Source: Paraspadella gotoi
Lineage: Eukaryota > Animalia > Chaetognatha
Direction of reading: 5' to 3'
Assembly: GCA_051294375.1 (NCBI GenBank)
Contig: CM119263.1
Coordinates: forward strand, 24,904,801 to 24,968,687
Length of the DNA: 63,887 nt
Part shown: positions 42,571-53,499 of the stretch, piece after piece
Position numbering within the stretch: the first letter of the stretch is position 1
Layout: each line of letters opens with the position of its first letter
Notes under the pieces: model-generated
Databases searched by the model: none
What the model was told of the DNA's origin: nothing
What the model saw: only the letters and a program-made list of their open reading frames with translations
Program-made: the position numbers and the translations under genes

Positions 42571-45500
42571 AGAGAGAACGAGAGAGAATATCCTGTCGGA
42601 ATTGGGCGACTTCTCCAGCAAATTATCGATCTAACGCGTTGGCAGGACGGGTTTCGTTTTGCGGCAAACAAGCGAACATCGATATGAAATTTGAGAAATT
42701 TTAAATGGAACGATGCAGATTGTACCAAATATAAATACATCGACAAAATACTAAAAATTAGGAAATTCTCAACTAAAATGTAACACGCGTTNNNNNNNNN
42801 NCATTCACTTCGGAGTAGGACAATAGTCATGAAATGATGGGAGCGAAGAGTCAATAGAAAGAAGGAAAAAAAAATCCTTGGAATCTCAAACTCGACCGCG
42901 GGTCAGGTTCCCTCGACCGAAACCGGGGGAGGTCAGCCGTTCATCATTTTCTTCTTGGCACAAACGCCGACTCACCCGATGACAATCCTCGCCCACTCGT
43001 GGAGGACGTCACGTCCTCGCGTCAATTCCATGGGCTTTTGTCTCCTCGTGACCCTGCCTTCTTTTCTCCATTCCCGCGTAGTCCCATCGCCCCATCTTCG
43101 GTCTTCTCGTCTTTCCGCGATTCCTTCTCTCCATCTCTCTAATCCCATCATATTCTCGTGTTCATTCTCTTNNNNNNNNNNNNNNNNNNNNNNNNNNNNN
43201 NNNNNNNNNNNNNNNNNNNNNNNNNNNNNNNNNNNNNNNNNNNNNNNNNNNNNNNNNNNNNNNNNNNNNNNNNNNNNNNNNNNNNNNNNNNNNNNNNNNN
43301 NNTTTTTCGTCTTCGAATATTATTCATCAAGTTAACACTTTTTTTTTCAATATTTGAAATTTGGAATTATTTTCTGCAGGGTGAGAATCGTTAGTTTTGA
43401 TCAGATTTACATGGCATGTTTTTTTTTCGTTTCATGTAACAGGGATTTCTCGCCGTTATTTTATTCACATCTGACCTCCCCAATGGGGAGTCCCCATCCT
43501 CCAGATTATATTTTTTTTCTTCGAAACCGATCGAAAACGACGACAACGACGCCGTCGACGACCTCAAAGCTGACGCCGCTTGTTCCTCTTCAATGTCGAC
43601 GATTATTATTTCCTCGCCCCCTCCGACGCTGCCGACGCCGCCGACGCCGCCGGTTCGAGCCCCGGCGCCGGAGCTGAATTATAAATCGGCGCTCTTTTGT
43701 TATTCGGGAGAAAAAAAACCCCTCGTCTTCCATCATCGACTCGACACAAATTTTTTTTTTTCCAACTCTCTTTTTCCTCGGCTAAGCGCTCAAGGTCATT
43801 GCGAATAATAGGAGAGAAAAGATTAGATTCGTTCAATTAATCTTTCGTGAAATTATATTTTTAAGTGGCCGAGTTCTAGTTTGAAACGTGGAAGCAATTT
43901 GTATGAGCATAATTTGCATTTTATAAGCTTATATTCATCATTCAAGAGAGCAGAGCAGAGGGACAAGGAAGTCAGTTCCCTTAGTCCTTGCGTTGCCCGA
44001 TGACCGGAGGACAAAAGATTGGTGGAAGGGCGCCACGGGGACGGTGGAGGAAGGAAGAGGGAAAAGAGGAAGAAGAAAGTAAGAAAAGTAGGAAGAGGAG
44101 GAAAGGATAAAATCTCGTTAAAATTGAAAGACAGGGAGAGTGGCAAAAGAGGAAGGGGAAATATGATATGAATATGAAAAAAAAAAAAGGAAATTGGAGA
44201 ATCAAAGAACGCGAATAATGAAGCCGCGGTAAAAAACAGATTTATTAACAATCTATTCCCGTTCGTCAATTTAATTTAATTACGTTTTTCAGAGTAGAAG
44301 GGTATAACACTTTTCTGCTCTCTAATTTTTGGTCAATTTCAGACAAAGGGCAGAAGAGAACTCGAGATGATGCATTAAAGAAAAGGAAAAGTTGAGATGG
44401 GTTTTCGTGGCAAAACGGGTTCTGGTAAAAAAAAAGTGATTTGTCTTATTTTTAAGTCGATTTCTCTTCAGACGAACACAAACGCTGATATCATCAAGAT
44501 TTGGCTTCGTTTATCTCTCAAAGCCTTGGGACTTAGAGGAGCCGTTGGCTGCAGCGGCAGCGGCGGCAGCGGATGCGGTTGCCACTTTCGTGTTGGTGTC
44601 GTTTACATGAAAAGGATCAAATCAAATCCGCGCATTTCGTCTTTCCTTTTGAAGACTTCGTAAATCAATGTCGTCGCAAAAAAAAAAAAGAACTCGCAAT
44701 GTCGATTAGTAATTCATTTACAATCTTTCAGAAAAAGACACAAAATTTAGGCTCAGTATTAAAGCGAGCTGGTATTTAAATTTTAACGGTGTTTTTCTTT
44801 TTCTTTTCGCTAATTTTCTTTTTTTTTCCATTTCCTTTCATGAATTGACTCTTAACTCGTTCCCCTTTCTTCCTCTTTCCACCATCCTTCGTTTTATGAT
44901 TTTACGCTGTCTCTCCCCCCCCCCGCGGCCCACACCCCCTTTCCCCCAGCAGGCGCCGCCGGGCCCCGCCCACATCCGGCCGATCAGGGACTTTGCCTTG
45001 CATAAATTTCATTCGAGGAGACTCTCTAGAGGAACTGCCTCTTTTCTTTTCTACCTTCCCGCCTGCCCGCCCCACACGCCTTCCCGCCTCGCTTCCCCCG
45101 CCCGCACGGCTCCCGGTTACTGGGAAGGAAAAATATGATTTTTAAGCGCAGCGAAGTGAGAAAAAAAATGAGCGGCGGTAGGAGAAGTAAGTATATTTTT
45201 CGCGGAAACGGCAAAACCGGCAAACGCACGCCAAAAAAAATACTTCTGAAAAATACACCGAAAAGACGCTTAAACAAACTAAACAAGCATTACTAGTAAA
45301 GTGAATTTTCAACCTTAACTTAGTAAAGGTTCATATTCATATTTGCATGCTTTCACAAAGAAATCACTTTAGACTTTCTTCAATGCTACTGAATTGTTGA
45401 TGTTATAAAAGGATTTCGAATAATTCTTTTTTTTTTTTTAGTTTGCGATCTCGAACTGATCTGCCATCTCTTTTTTGAATCTTTTGTTTATCATTCGATC

Positions 45501-45587
45501 AACGATCAGCTTCGTAAGAATTAATAGAATTAATATATAAATTCGGTACTAAGTGAACTCTTCTCTCGATCTAGCTTTACCCCCTCT

Positions 45588-45613
45588 TCTCTCTCTCTCT
45601 CTCTCTCTTTCTC

Positions 45614-45700
<87 letters not shown>

Positions 45701-45714
45701 TCTCTCTCTCTCTC
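45588..45714. repeat. (CT)n microsatellite at the start of WDR54 intron 1
   Basis: Near-perfect CT array. Confidence 0.93.
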
Positions 45715-45747
45715 GTCGTCATAGCGACAGGGGATGCTTCTCCTCAC

Positions 45748-46062
45748 CTGCGTGACGTTAGCGTTGGAATCCTGAGCCGCGGGATCCTTGACGAGTATCT
45801 GCTGCTGTCGAACGCCGTCGTCGTCGTCGGCGTCGGGGTCTCCCGCGGCTGCTGCGCCTCCTGCTCCGCCGACGCTGGCACTGCCGAATCCGTGCCTCCG
45901 GATGTCAGCGACTCGAGAGGCCGGTGTGCCGACGACGTTGACGATCGACTTGTGAACGAAGGCGAAGGCGAGCGAGCCCCTATTTTCCGGTCGAACGTCG
46001 AGGTTGTGGGGAAGAGCGGAGGCGCTCGTCGCCAGGACCAGATTGTCCAGTCGTTCGTACAT
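45748..46062 (-). CDS. WDR54: WD repeat-containing protein 54 homologue, first coding exon (105 codons); rest of gene not found
   Basis: [23 protein letters not shown]...[14 protein letters not shown]...[11 protein letters not shown]...NVTQ resembles the WDR54 N-terminus as I recall it (SAAALCNNLSV...FGVVH...QRQLHAKE...LITQ). Start context aaaATG; donor CAG|GTGAGG. Confidence 0.72.
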
Positions 46063-46912
46063 TTTGCGAGGAGGAGAGATTAGTCGACGAGCGAGTTGAG
46101 AAACGAAGATCCAATCGGAGAATTCGAGCGGCGACTTTTTCTGCCAATCCAATCGATTAACGCTGACGGAAGATGAGAACGGAAGTCGTTTTGAAGCGAA
46201 GTGTCCAAGCGAAAAGAATTTCTTGGTCCCTTCTTTTTACAGTTTTTCCCTTGTTTTTTAATATTCTTTAATTTTTAAATTCCTTTCACTTACTTTGTTT
46301 TTTTCCTGGTAAGTCTCTCGACCGACGATTCGAGCAGAGACACGAAACCTTTTTCTCAACGACGATAGTGATGGGAGAATGGAATCTCGTTGAGGAAACG
46401 AGGCGAGGCGGCGCTAGTGGTTCGGTGCCACCGGATTTCTACGCGAAGAACAAAAGACATCTCTGAACTTTTCTAAAAAATAAAACTCCGAATTTTTTCC
46501 TTCTTCACTTCAATTATAAATCTGCAACATAATTACCGGATTAATCATTGAATACTTTTCAATACGTTATCCCAGTATGAAAGCAAAGTTGTTAACCTAC
46601 CAAAATAGCAGCAAATTTTCGGGATGATCCACGTCATGGATTTTTTTTAATCGTTCCGCAATAGCTCAACGGTAAAACCTGTAAAGACATAACTGCACTA
46701 GGTAACGATTTAAAGATTTGCAATTTAAGGGACATTATTATTGTACTATTTTCCGCTACTACTAAGCGAGATACGCGTAGTTAAGATAACAAGCTCGAGA
46801 TTTCTTTTCGTGAAACATTATTCATTTCGTTCAATCGACAAAAGTGAACGACAAAACAAAACATTTTAGACATTTTTAGAGCAAGTGTGATTTTTTGTTC
46901 CCCTTCCATTTT

Positions 46913-47139
46913 TCATTCCACTTTTGACTTCTCCTCATCCGCCTTCGTTTGTCTCCTCTTCTCTCTCCTTATTCTCCTCTCCTCCTCAGCCTTAGCTCTG
47001 GCCTCCTCTCTCTCCTTCGCCTTCTTAATCTTTTTCTTCCATTGATAGTAGAGAACGTAATGTCGGATCAGTTTGATGATGAACTCCAGAATTTCCATCA
47101 GGAACAGAATGCAGAACGCCATCAAAAAAGCCAGGATGC
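46913..47139 (-). CDS. DEG/ENaC last exon: TM2 and charged C-terminal tail
   Basis: gtccag|(G)ILAFLMAFCILFLMEILEFIIKLIRHYVLYYQWKKK...SKVE, TGA. Confidence 0.88.
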
Positions 47140-50100
47140 CTGGACGGCGCGGATGGGAAAGCGGACGGGCCATTGCGGCCGATGGGGAAGAATGATAGTT
47201 TAGTCTGGCTTGTTAAAAAAAATGAGCCACAAACGATTTAATTGGTCCTTATCCGTTTTTTTTTATGTAACTCGCCTCCAACATATGTGAGGATGTCGAT
47301 GAGAGGCCACTTAAGATGCTCGACCGTTCGAGTTGAGTCGAGGTCGTTGAAGTAGACGCTTATTTTGGTAAAGGTTTTGCGTCGAATCTCGAAGAATTCA
47401 TTGAATTCCTTCCGGTCCTTCTTTCTGAAAAAAAAAAATGGAGATTCAGTGAAATTCATTATAAAAATACACTTGTAATGTAAGTTATTATAGTTTGACG
47501 GGTGTTATGTAGTAGTCGCACTCGATTACTTGTTATTAACAAATGTTAATAAATTAATGTACACGTTTAGAACTAAATAAATAAAAACTTATGTCACACA
47601 CAGCGACAAATGAAGTATAACTAGACAAAAGACTTTGACTTACGTTTTGGTAACTTCTTCATAAGATGTCATATTTGTTGTTTTTTTATCTCTGGTATGC
47701 TTATACAGTTGCCAAATTTGCCAAAACGACATTTTTGAGGGGAACATGGCCTAAATGATGAGAAATAGTTCGAAGATATCCGGGTATTAAACGGGAACGA
47801 GGTTCGTGAAGAAAACAGAAAACAGCATTCATGTACTGCAAGTCAACGACGAGGAGCAACAAAATGTCGCTACCCATAGAGTGATTTGAAAATAATAAAA
47901 ACTGAAAAACTTTTGTAAAATATGTTTCAGGATATTTTTAGGTTTAAGCTGTGAAAAATGACTAAAACGTTTCATCATATAATAGTTTCTACTACAGAGT
48001 ATGAAAAAGTAAAGAATTTTGACCTTTTTTCCATTTTTGATGCGGAAGATATTGAAATTATTAATAACATATTTTTGATTTTTGATTTAACTTTTTATGA
48101 AGAATCAGAATCTTTAATAAAAATTTTAAAAAATTATTTTGAAAATATATTTTTTGTTATAATTAATGATAATGTTCCCCAAACAAAATAAGCAAAATAT
48201 TTTTGTACGCCTTAATCATACTATCTCACATCTAAATATCTTTGTTTGTTCACTCAAATAAAATTTATGTTCCCCAATGCTCCACTCTACTGCCAAGTCC
48301 ACAACCGAGTCACAATGCCTCTTGAGATGTTTGACTTTCACCTTCTTTATCTCTATCTCTCTCTCTCTCTCTCTCATTCACTCTCTCTTAGCTCTTTTTT
48401 ATTTAATTTTTTTTTAAAGTGGTCAAAAATTTAAAAAAATATATTTTCAGCTCAAAAATATAGTTTTTTTTATATTTTGACCAACTTATTGATATAATTT
48501 TTTAAAAAGTTTCTATTTTCTTTTTGCAACTTTTTATGAGGAATATGAATCTGTCTTCAGTAATGAAACTAAAGAGTAAAGATAAAAGAATAATAAATAC
48601 AGATTAATATTTACTAAAAGTATAGTTTACAATATTCAATTGCAAAATTTTGATTCCAAACTTTCACTTAATAATCAACCTTTTCACCTTTGTCACTTTC
48701 ATGGGGAAACGAATGATACTGCACGGTGGATAACAGTAGCACGGAGTATAAGATCTTTTGTTCCTCAAGTTTCTTTGTCTTTGCATAACGTCCTCGTTGA
48801 AATTTTGCGTTTCCTGATTAGTCGGATAAACGTTCCAAATTATTATTTTTTTCTTAATCCTTTAAATTAAGCTCTCGGTCAAAAAAACAACGTAGACTGA
48901 CCTTGTTAAAGGCAGTCAGTGTTCTAAAGGCGCACTCGTATTGGAAGCTCGTGAAACAGATTTGACTGGAGTGACCGTGTCGCACGGCGTCATCCAAAAA
49001 ATCCGCGACGAGCAACTTGCCTAACGGTATTTGGAATAGGTCGTAAAGGAATTTTTTTTCATCTAATCTCAACAGGGGCGGCGAGAGAAATGGCGGGCCC
49101 CCCCACTGACCTCCTGGCCGGCTCCCGATTACCGACTTTCTGCTTTGAAAATTGCCCCAGTGCTCAAACTTCTGCCTCCAGGACTTGCAACCTGGCATTG
49201 GTGTTTTACAGACACTTTTTTTTTTAAATCACAATTATTGTGCCTCTCCTCTAGTCTGAGCGAGGGGTCTAAATTTGTTAAACCTTCTGACTAGATGAGA
49301 TTTAGCGCTTATTTTTAACCATGAGCGGCAATAGAGATAAAATATAATATAATATATATAAATATATAAATTAATAATAACCCAAGTCCCAAAGAAAAGG
49401 ATTATCGTGTATGCTATCACTGAAACAGTTGATTTGACTTAAATAGGGGCCCAAACTTGACCCCTAAAGTCTAAAGGGGTCCCAAGCATGATCTAACCTG
49501 AATTTGATCAGTTAGACTTTCTGCACAGACTGAACCTTTTTTCATAATCACTCAATTCCTTCTTTTTTTCTTTTTTCGTTTTCTTTTCTTTTATTTTCTT
49601 CTTTTCTTTCCTTCTTTTTTTCTCTCTTCTCAGGGCCTGAGGCGAGGGTGTCCCCCCCTCTCGCCACCCCTGAATCTCAACAACTAACACTGGCAGTTTT
49701 CAAGAATACGGTGAAAGAGGCAATCTTGAAGGCAATCATACTCCGAAAAAACCTCCACGTTTGGGTAAGTAATATTGAGGACTTTGTAACGCTGGGAGAG
49801 GGCAGAGGGAACATTGTTCTCATGCTCTTATCAAAAACAGTTCGTGCGAGAAGACGGCGAAATAACACCTACCATGTAGACGGGGTACATGGGCTCATTG
49901 GGGGGAGATTGGAAAACTATCTTCCTCTCTTCGTTGGTTGCGTATTTGTCGACTGACACGCACACGTGGCAACGAGTCACGTCGCTACAGAAATACTGAA
50001 CGTCCTTGTGAAGCTGAATTTTCGTGTGAGATCCTGTGGAAGATAATTTTACAATATCACATAGACCAAGTTTGAAAAAGAGGAGGGAGTAAATTTGCTT

Positions 50101-53100
50101 GGCACCTGGAAGAGCCGCCGCTTCCGTGTAATACGTATTCTTTTCGTGAACGGCCAAGACCGTGATGCCGCTCTCCCATTGCAAAAGAGATTGTTCGATG
50201 ACGGAAGAGTGAAAAACCAACTGAGCAGAGAGTATATCGGATAGTGTACAAATGAAAATTCGATTTAAATACCGATTAGCGCTCCGTTTTCAAAGGAGAC
50301 AGCAAACACAAACTGTTGCCAAACCTCCAATCCGCCGTTTTCGTTGGCTTCGTCCTGACGAAAACCGGCAAGCTGATTACAAATAAAACCTTTTGTTTTC
50401 AATCACAACATTTTCGTGGTCGATGATTTTTCGTTCTTTCTCACTTTCGTCGCGTCGTTGGCGAATTCGATGCACAGACCGTATTTGGGTACATCTACGT
50501 ATCTATGTATTTTTTTTTTTTTTGGGGGGGGGGTTTTGGTTTAAATCATTTTCGGACCAAAGGATAAAAAAGGATACATGGCTAGATTTCTTAGATCAAG
50601 TACGAAAAAACTGTTTCGTTGGCACCTGAGATAATTGAAACAGTCGATTCCATCATAGTTACAGTAAATCACTGCTTCCTTGATCGTTTCCGTGATTCGA
50701 AGTTTAGTTTCTCGGTCGAATTGAAGATAGTGATACCTTTAAACCAAAAAAAAAAAATATCCCTTTATGTAAATTTTACTTTGTAGCGAATCGATAATGA
50801 ATAAAAATAATAAATAAATAATTAATTAATGTAAACCGTAAACTGACTTCAAGAGAGTGGGCACGATGGATCGGACGTTTTCTAGAGAGAGCTTTCCATC
50901 TTTAGGTCTCTTGCCTCCCTTCAGTGTGTAAATCTGACGGCAGAGTTCTTCTCCGAAAAAATCTTGGAAAAAAAAGAAATGCAAATTTTGTTAAAGAATA
51001 ATTTACCATTTATAAATAAATAGCGTTATGTATTTCTAATTGTATAAAAGGTAGAAATTATAATCAGAAATAAAAAAATAATAACAAAAAGTATGACACT
51101 TTAGGTTTTTGGCATTTTACGTCGAAGTTTTACCAGTACATATCAACTTGTCCTTAACCCATTGAGAAAGTATCCAGCCTTGCGTGAGAGTGGAGAGGTA
51201 TTTGAACTAAAATTGGTTTGTTTTCATTATATTAAACCTTTTTTCATTATATTAAACTTCAAGCATTATTTCTGTAGTAGGGTATTGCAATATGTTCACC
51301 CCGCCTATAAGCATGTACAATTGTGCAAGTATCCTTCGCTCGTGACCCTGTGGCTCATTGAGTAATACCCTCAGCTCATGACCATTAAGCCCCGGGATCG
51401 ATCTCCAATGGTACAATTGGTACATACCCCGTGGAAAGGGTGTGAACGGCCGTATACCGCCTTGGGGGCCTGGAAAACCCCCAAACCTGGTTCCAAGCCC
51501 AGTGGCTGCTAGAGGGTGTTAAAGAAGTTGCGGACAGCACTCTTCAGCCAACTTAGCGTATTTCAGTAACCATGAAAATGATATGATAGTGCTTTCCAAT
51601 GTGATGATTAGTGTTGGGCACAAAGTATCTTCTTTTCAAAGACCAAACTACAGACTACGCTACCATTCTTTCTCTTTGCTTACCTGGTAAAATTCCTTTG
51701 GATGGCTTTTCAGGTAAGCTGCGTCCTTGATCAAAGTGCATATAAAAAGGTCATGTTAACAAAGCCCAACCGTGCTAAAAACATTGCCAATTGAAACAAT
51801 TGAAAAAAAACCAAAAAACTTCGTATTCATTGTATATAAAAACGAGAAAAAACGTCATGATAGAATAAATATATATAAATACTTATGTATAAATAACCTG
51901 CAGCGTATTTTTTAATTTGGATCGGTGTATAAGACCAGACGGACAGAAACGAACGAGAGGAAACTGAAGAGGAAATTAGATTGCTTTTAACGACGATAAC
52001 GATGACGACGATCACGAACTTGAGGACGGTGATCAAGTTCGTGTAGGAGTACGATCACAACATGTGATTAACGTTGAAGACGACCATAACTGCGATCATG
52101 ACATCGACGAACAAGATGGCAACGACGACAACGATAAATTCAAACCTGCAGGTAGTTTTTCTCGGTGATGATGGTTTCGCTCTCGGTGTCTTCGTTTTGA
52201 TCCACCCAAAACGTCTGCGCCGACGATAGAATTGATGAGACCAGGAAGTCTGAGTGGCTAACCCCCGCACATATAGTGTGCCAATCGTGTCTAGGTCATT
52301 CATCCGTCAGTTGCCGGTGGTTTATTCGGCCCTTCATTCTATCTAACGTTACCACCAGGGATACGACGCGGGACCCATCGGGTTAGGAGAAGCAGCATTA
52401 GTCCAGTGCGCTATTAGGTCATTGATACAAGAAGTAACAGTCGTATCCAATATGTCACTACGGCCGCGTCAACAACGACAACGACAACTCGATCTTCAAC
52501 TGACGAAACAACTCACCTCGAAGATTTCTACACAGACGAAAATTCCCAGGACGAGGGAGAGGAGGAAGAGGAGGATCCAGATGACGACGAGGGCCTTGTA
52601 GCGGCCGAAGGCGATACGTTGCGGTCCGCAGAGAGACACCTCCTGAGCCCACATCTTGGGGTTTTTGGGGTCGGTCAGGTGGAGTAGGGGGGTGGGAGGG
52701 TTGGGTGGAGCGGTCAATTATAGCTTTGCTATTCTAATTTGATTGGGCAGCGGAATCGCCAAGTCGGGTAAGTCGTTTTCATCGAAAACCTTGGATGGGT
52801 TTCGATCACATTTTTTCGTGGTTTTTTTTTAAATTTAATTTAATTTTTCCATTTCTGAGGATCTTACTTTGAACTCCTCCTTGAAAATGAGGCAGCAGCG
52901 ATTTTTGCAACATTTTCGCTTCTTTTTCGCTTTATGTCCGTCGCCTCCGGATCACAGAGCAGAGGGGAAATATTTTTGGTATTCTTGGGTCATTATTCCT
53001 TGATTGAATGCTGCCGCATTTTTTTTTTATATCAGAATTGCGAGAACTTTAAAAACACCATGAATTCCAACGCTGACCGTTCTAGATACATAAGTTAAAA

Positions 53101-53194
53101 CTAGCTATCGTTCGTAAATATTCACGAACTTATTTTCAGGGAATAAACGATCACCAATCAGGGAATTAATACCTGAAGACTCTGAGTCACTCAT
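46913..53194 (-). CDS. Degenerin/ENaC (amiloride-sensitive channel, pickpocket/ASIC superfamily) subunit, ~21 small exons, roughly 650-700 aa
   Basis: Family motifs appear in canonical order across phase-compatible exons: WAQEVSLCG-TM1; FPLVRFC; IYCNYDGIDC; YGLCIEF; NGGLELVF...SGITV...PGSHTKI; FSEYDCLQDCLFHRILENCQC; CYCYPPC; AMFPS; ISVYFNDL...ILTYVGG-TM2 (MEILE). Phase of the finger-region exons at ~51725-51300 is unresolved. Confidence 0.9.
47276..47424 (-). CDS. DEG/ENaC exon: beta11-beta12 and pre-TM2
   Basis: ttcag|KKDRKEFNEFFEIRRKTFTKISVYFNDLDSTRTVEHLKWPLIDILTYVG(G)|GCGAGT (GC donor). Confidence 0.88.
47644..47750 (-). CDS. DEG/ENaC exon: (W/F)PS motif, knuckle
   Basis: tttag|AMFPSKMSFWQIWQLYKHTRDKKTTNMTSYEEVTK|GTAAGT, phase 0/2. 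Confidence 0.82.
48688..48813 (-). CDS. DEG/ENaC exon: CxCxxPC
   Basis: atcag|ETQNFNEDVMQRQRNLRNKRSYTPCYCYPPCSIIRFPMKVTK|GTGAAA. Confidence 0.87.
48902..49020 (-). CDS. DEG/ENaC exon: thumb
   Basis: gttag|(C)KLLVADFLDDAVRHGHSSQICFTSFQYECAFRTLTAFNK|GTCAGT. Confidence 0.85.
49689..49791 (-). CDS. DEG/ENaC exon: thumb Cys-rich motif
   Basis: cccag|RYKVLNITYPNVEVFSEYDCLQDCLFHRILENCQ(C)|GTTAGT, matching the YS..C...C......C.C signature. Confidence 0.9.
49873..50033 (-). CDS. DEG/ENaC exon: beta9 and start of thumb
   Basis: cacag|(G)SHTKIQLHKDVQYFCSDVTRCHVC...PMYPVYM|GTAGGT. Confidence 0.82.
50106..50220 (-). CDS. DEG/ENaC exon: beta-ball
   Basis: ctcag|LVFHSSVIEQSLLQWESGITVLAVHEKNTYYTEAAALP(G)|GTGCCA. 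Confidence 0.82.
50325..50372 (-). CDS. DEG/ENaC exon: G..GL motif
   Basis: atcag|LAGFRQDEANENGGLE|GTTTGG. Confidence 0.78.
50445..50502 (-). CDS. DEG/ENaC exon: YGxCxxF motif
   Basis: catag|YVDVPKYGLCIEFANDATK|GTGAGA. Confidence 0.85.
50626..50736 (-). CDS. DEG/ENaC exon: C-x-F/Y-x-G-x-x-C
   Basis: tttaaag|YHYLQFDRETKLRITETIKEAVIYCNYDGIDCFNYL|GTGCCA, phase 2/2. Confidence 0.85.
50848..50962 (-). CDS. DEG/ENaC exon: finger region
   Basis: tttccaag|(D)FFGEELCRQIYTLKGGKRPKDGKLSLENVRSIVPTLL|GTCAGT, phase 1/2; preceded by a phase-compatible 45-nt exon at 51178-51134. Confidence 0.7.
51898..51963 (-). CDS. DEG/ENaC exon: FPxxTxC motif
   Basis: ttcag|FPLVRFCPSGLIHRSKLKNTLQ|GTTATT. Confidence 0.85.
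52146..52214 (-). CDS. DEG/ENaC exon: beta1
   Basis: cgcag|TFWVDQNEDTESETIITEKNYLQ|GTTTGA, phase 0/0. Confidence 0.8.
52517..52654 (-). CDS. DEG/ENaC exon: pre-TM1 loop and TM1
   Basis: cccaag|MWAQEVSLCGPQRIAFGRYKALVVIWILLFLLSLVLGIFVCVEIFE|GTGAGT. Confidence 0.88.
52868..52944 (-). CDS. DEG/ENaC putative exon 2
   Basis: DGHKAKKKRKCCKNRCCLIFKEEFK, donor AAA|GTAAGA, phase 0. Confidence 0.65.
53173..53194 (-). CDS. DEG/ENaC putative exon 1 (MSDSESSG)
   Basis: ATG...TCAG|GTATTA, phase 1; compatible with the next exon only through a GAG acceptor. Confidence 0.5.
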
Positions 53195-53456
53195 CACAGG
53201 AGCGGCTTCGCTTTTCAAAACGCAATGTTGCTTCTTAAATATTCACGTTTTTATTTTCACAATGGAAACGTTGTAAGACATTAAAATAAGAGACAGTAAT
53301 ACTTCGATTATAGGATCGTCTTAATATTAATTACATAAAAGACTCGTGTATGAATGGGTTTAATTATTATTCATAAAAACTAAAAATACGTTCAGGAAAT
53401 TAATAGTATATTTATTAAATTCTCTCCGGTTTCAAGTCATCTTTGTCAGATCTCCA

Positions 53457-53462
53457 TTTATT
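53457..53462 (-). promoter_or_regulatory. Candidate polyadenylation signal (AATAAA) of the decarboxylase gene
   Basis: AATAAA ~38 nt after the stop; a second copy at 53411-53416. Confidence 0.4.
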
Positions 53463-53499
53463 TAGCCGCTTATTTTTCCTTTCATCTCTTCTGTCCATC

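Noticed and set aside
47700-51800. Fragmented ORFs initially suggestive of a decayed transposase
   Set aside because: They resolve into phase-compatible DEG/ENaC exons. No DDE or RT motifs and no terminal repeats were seen.
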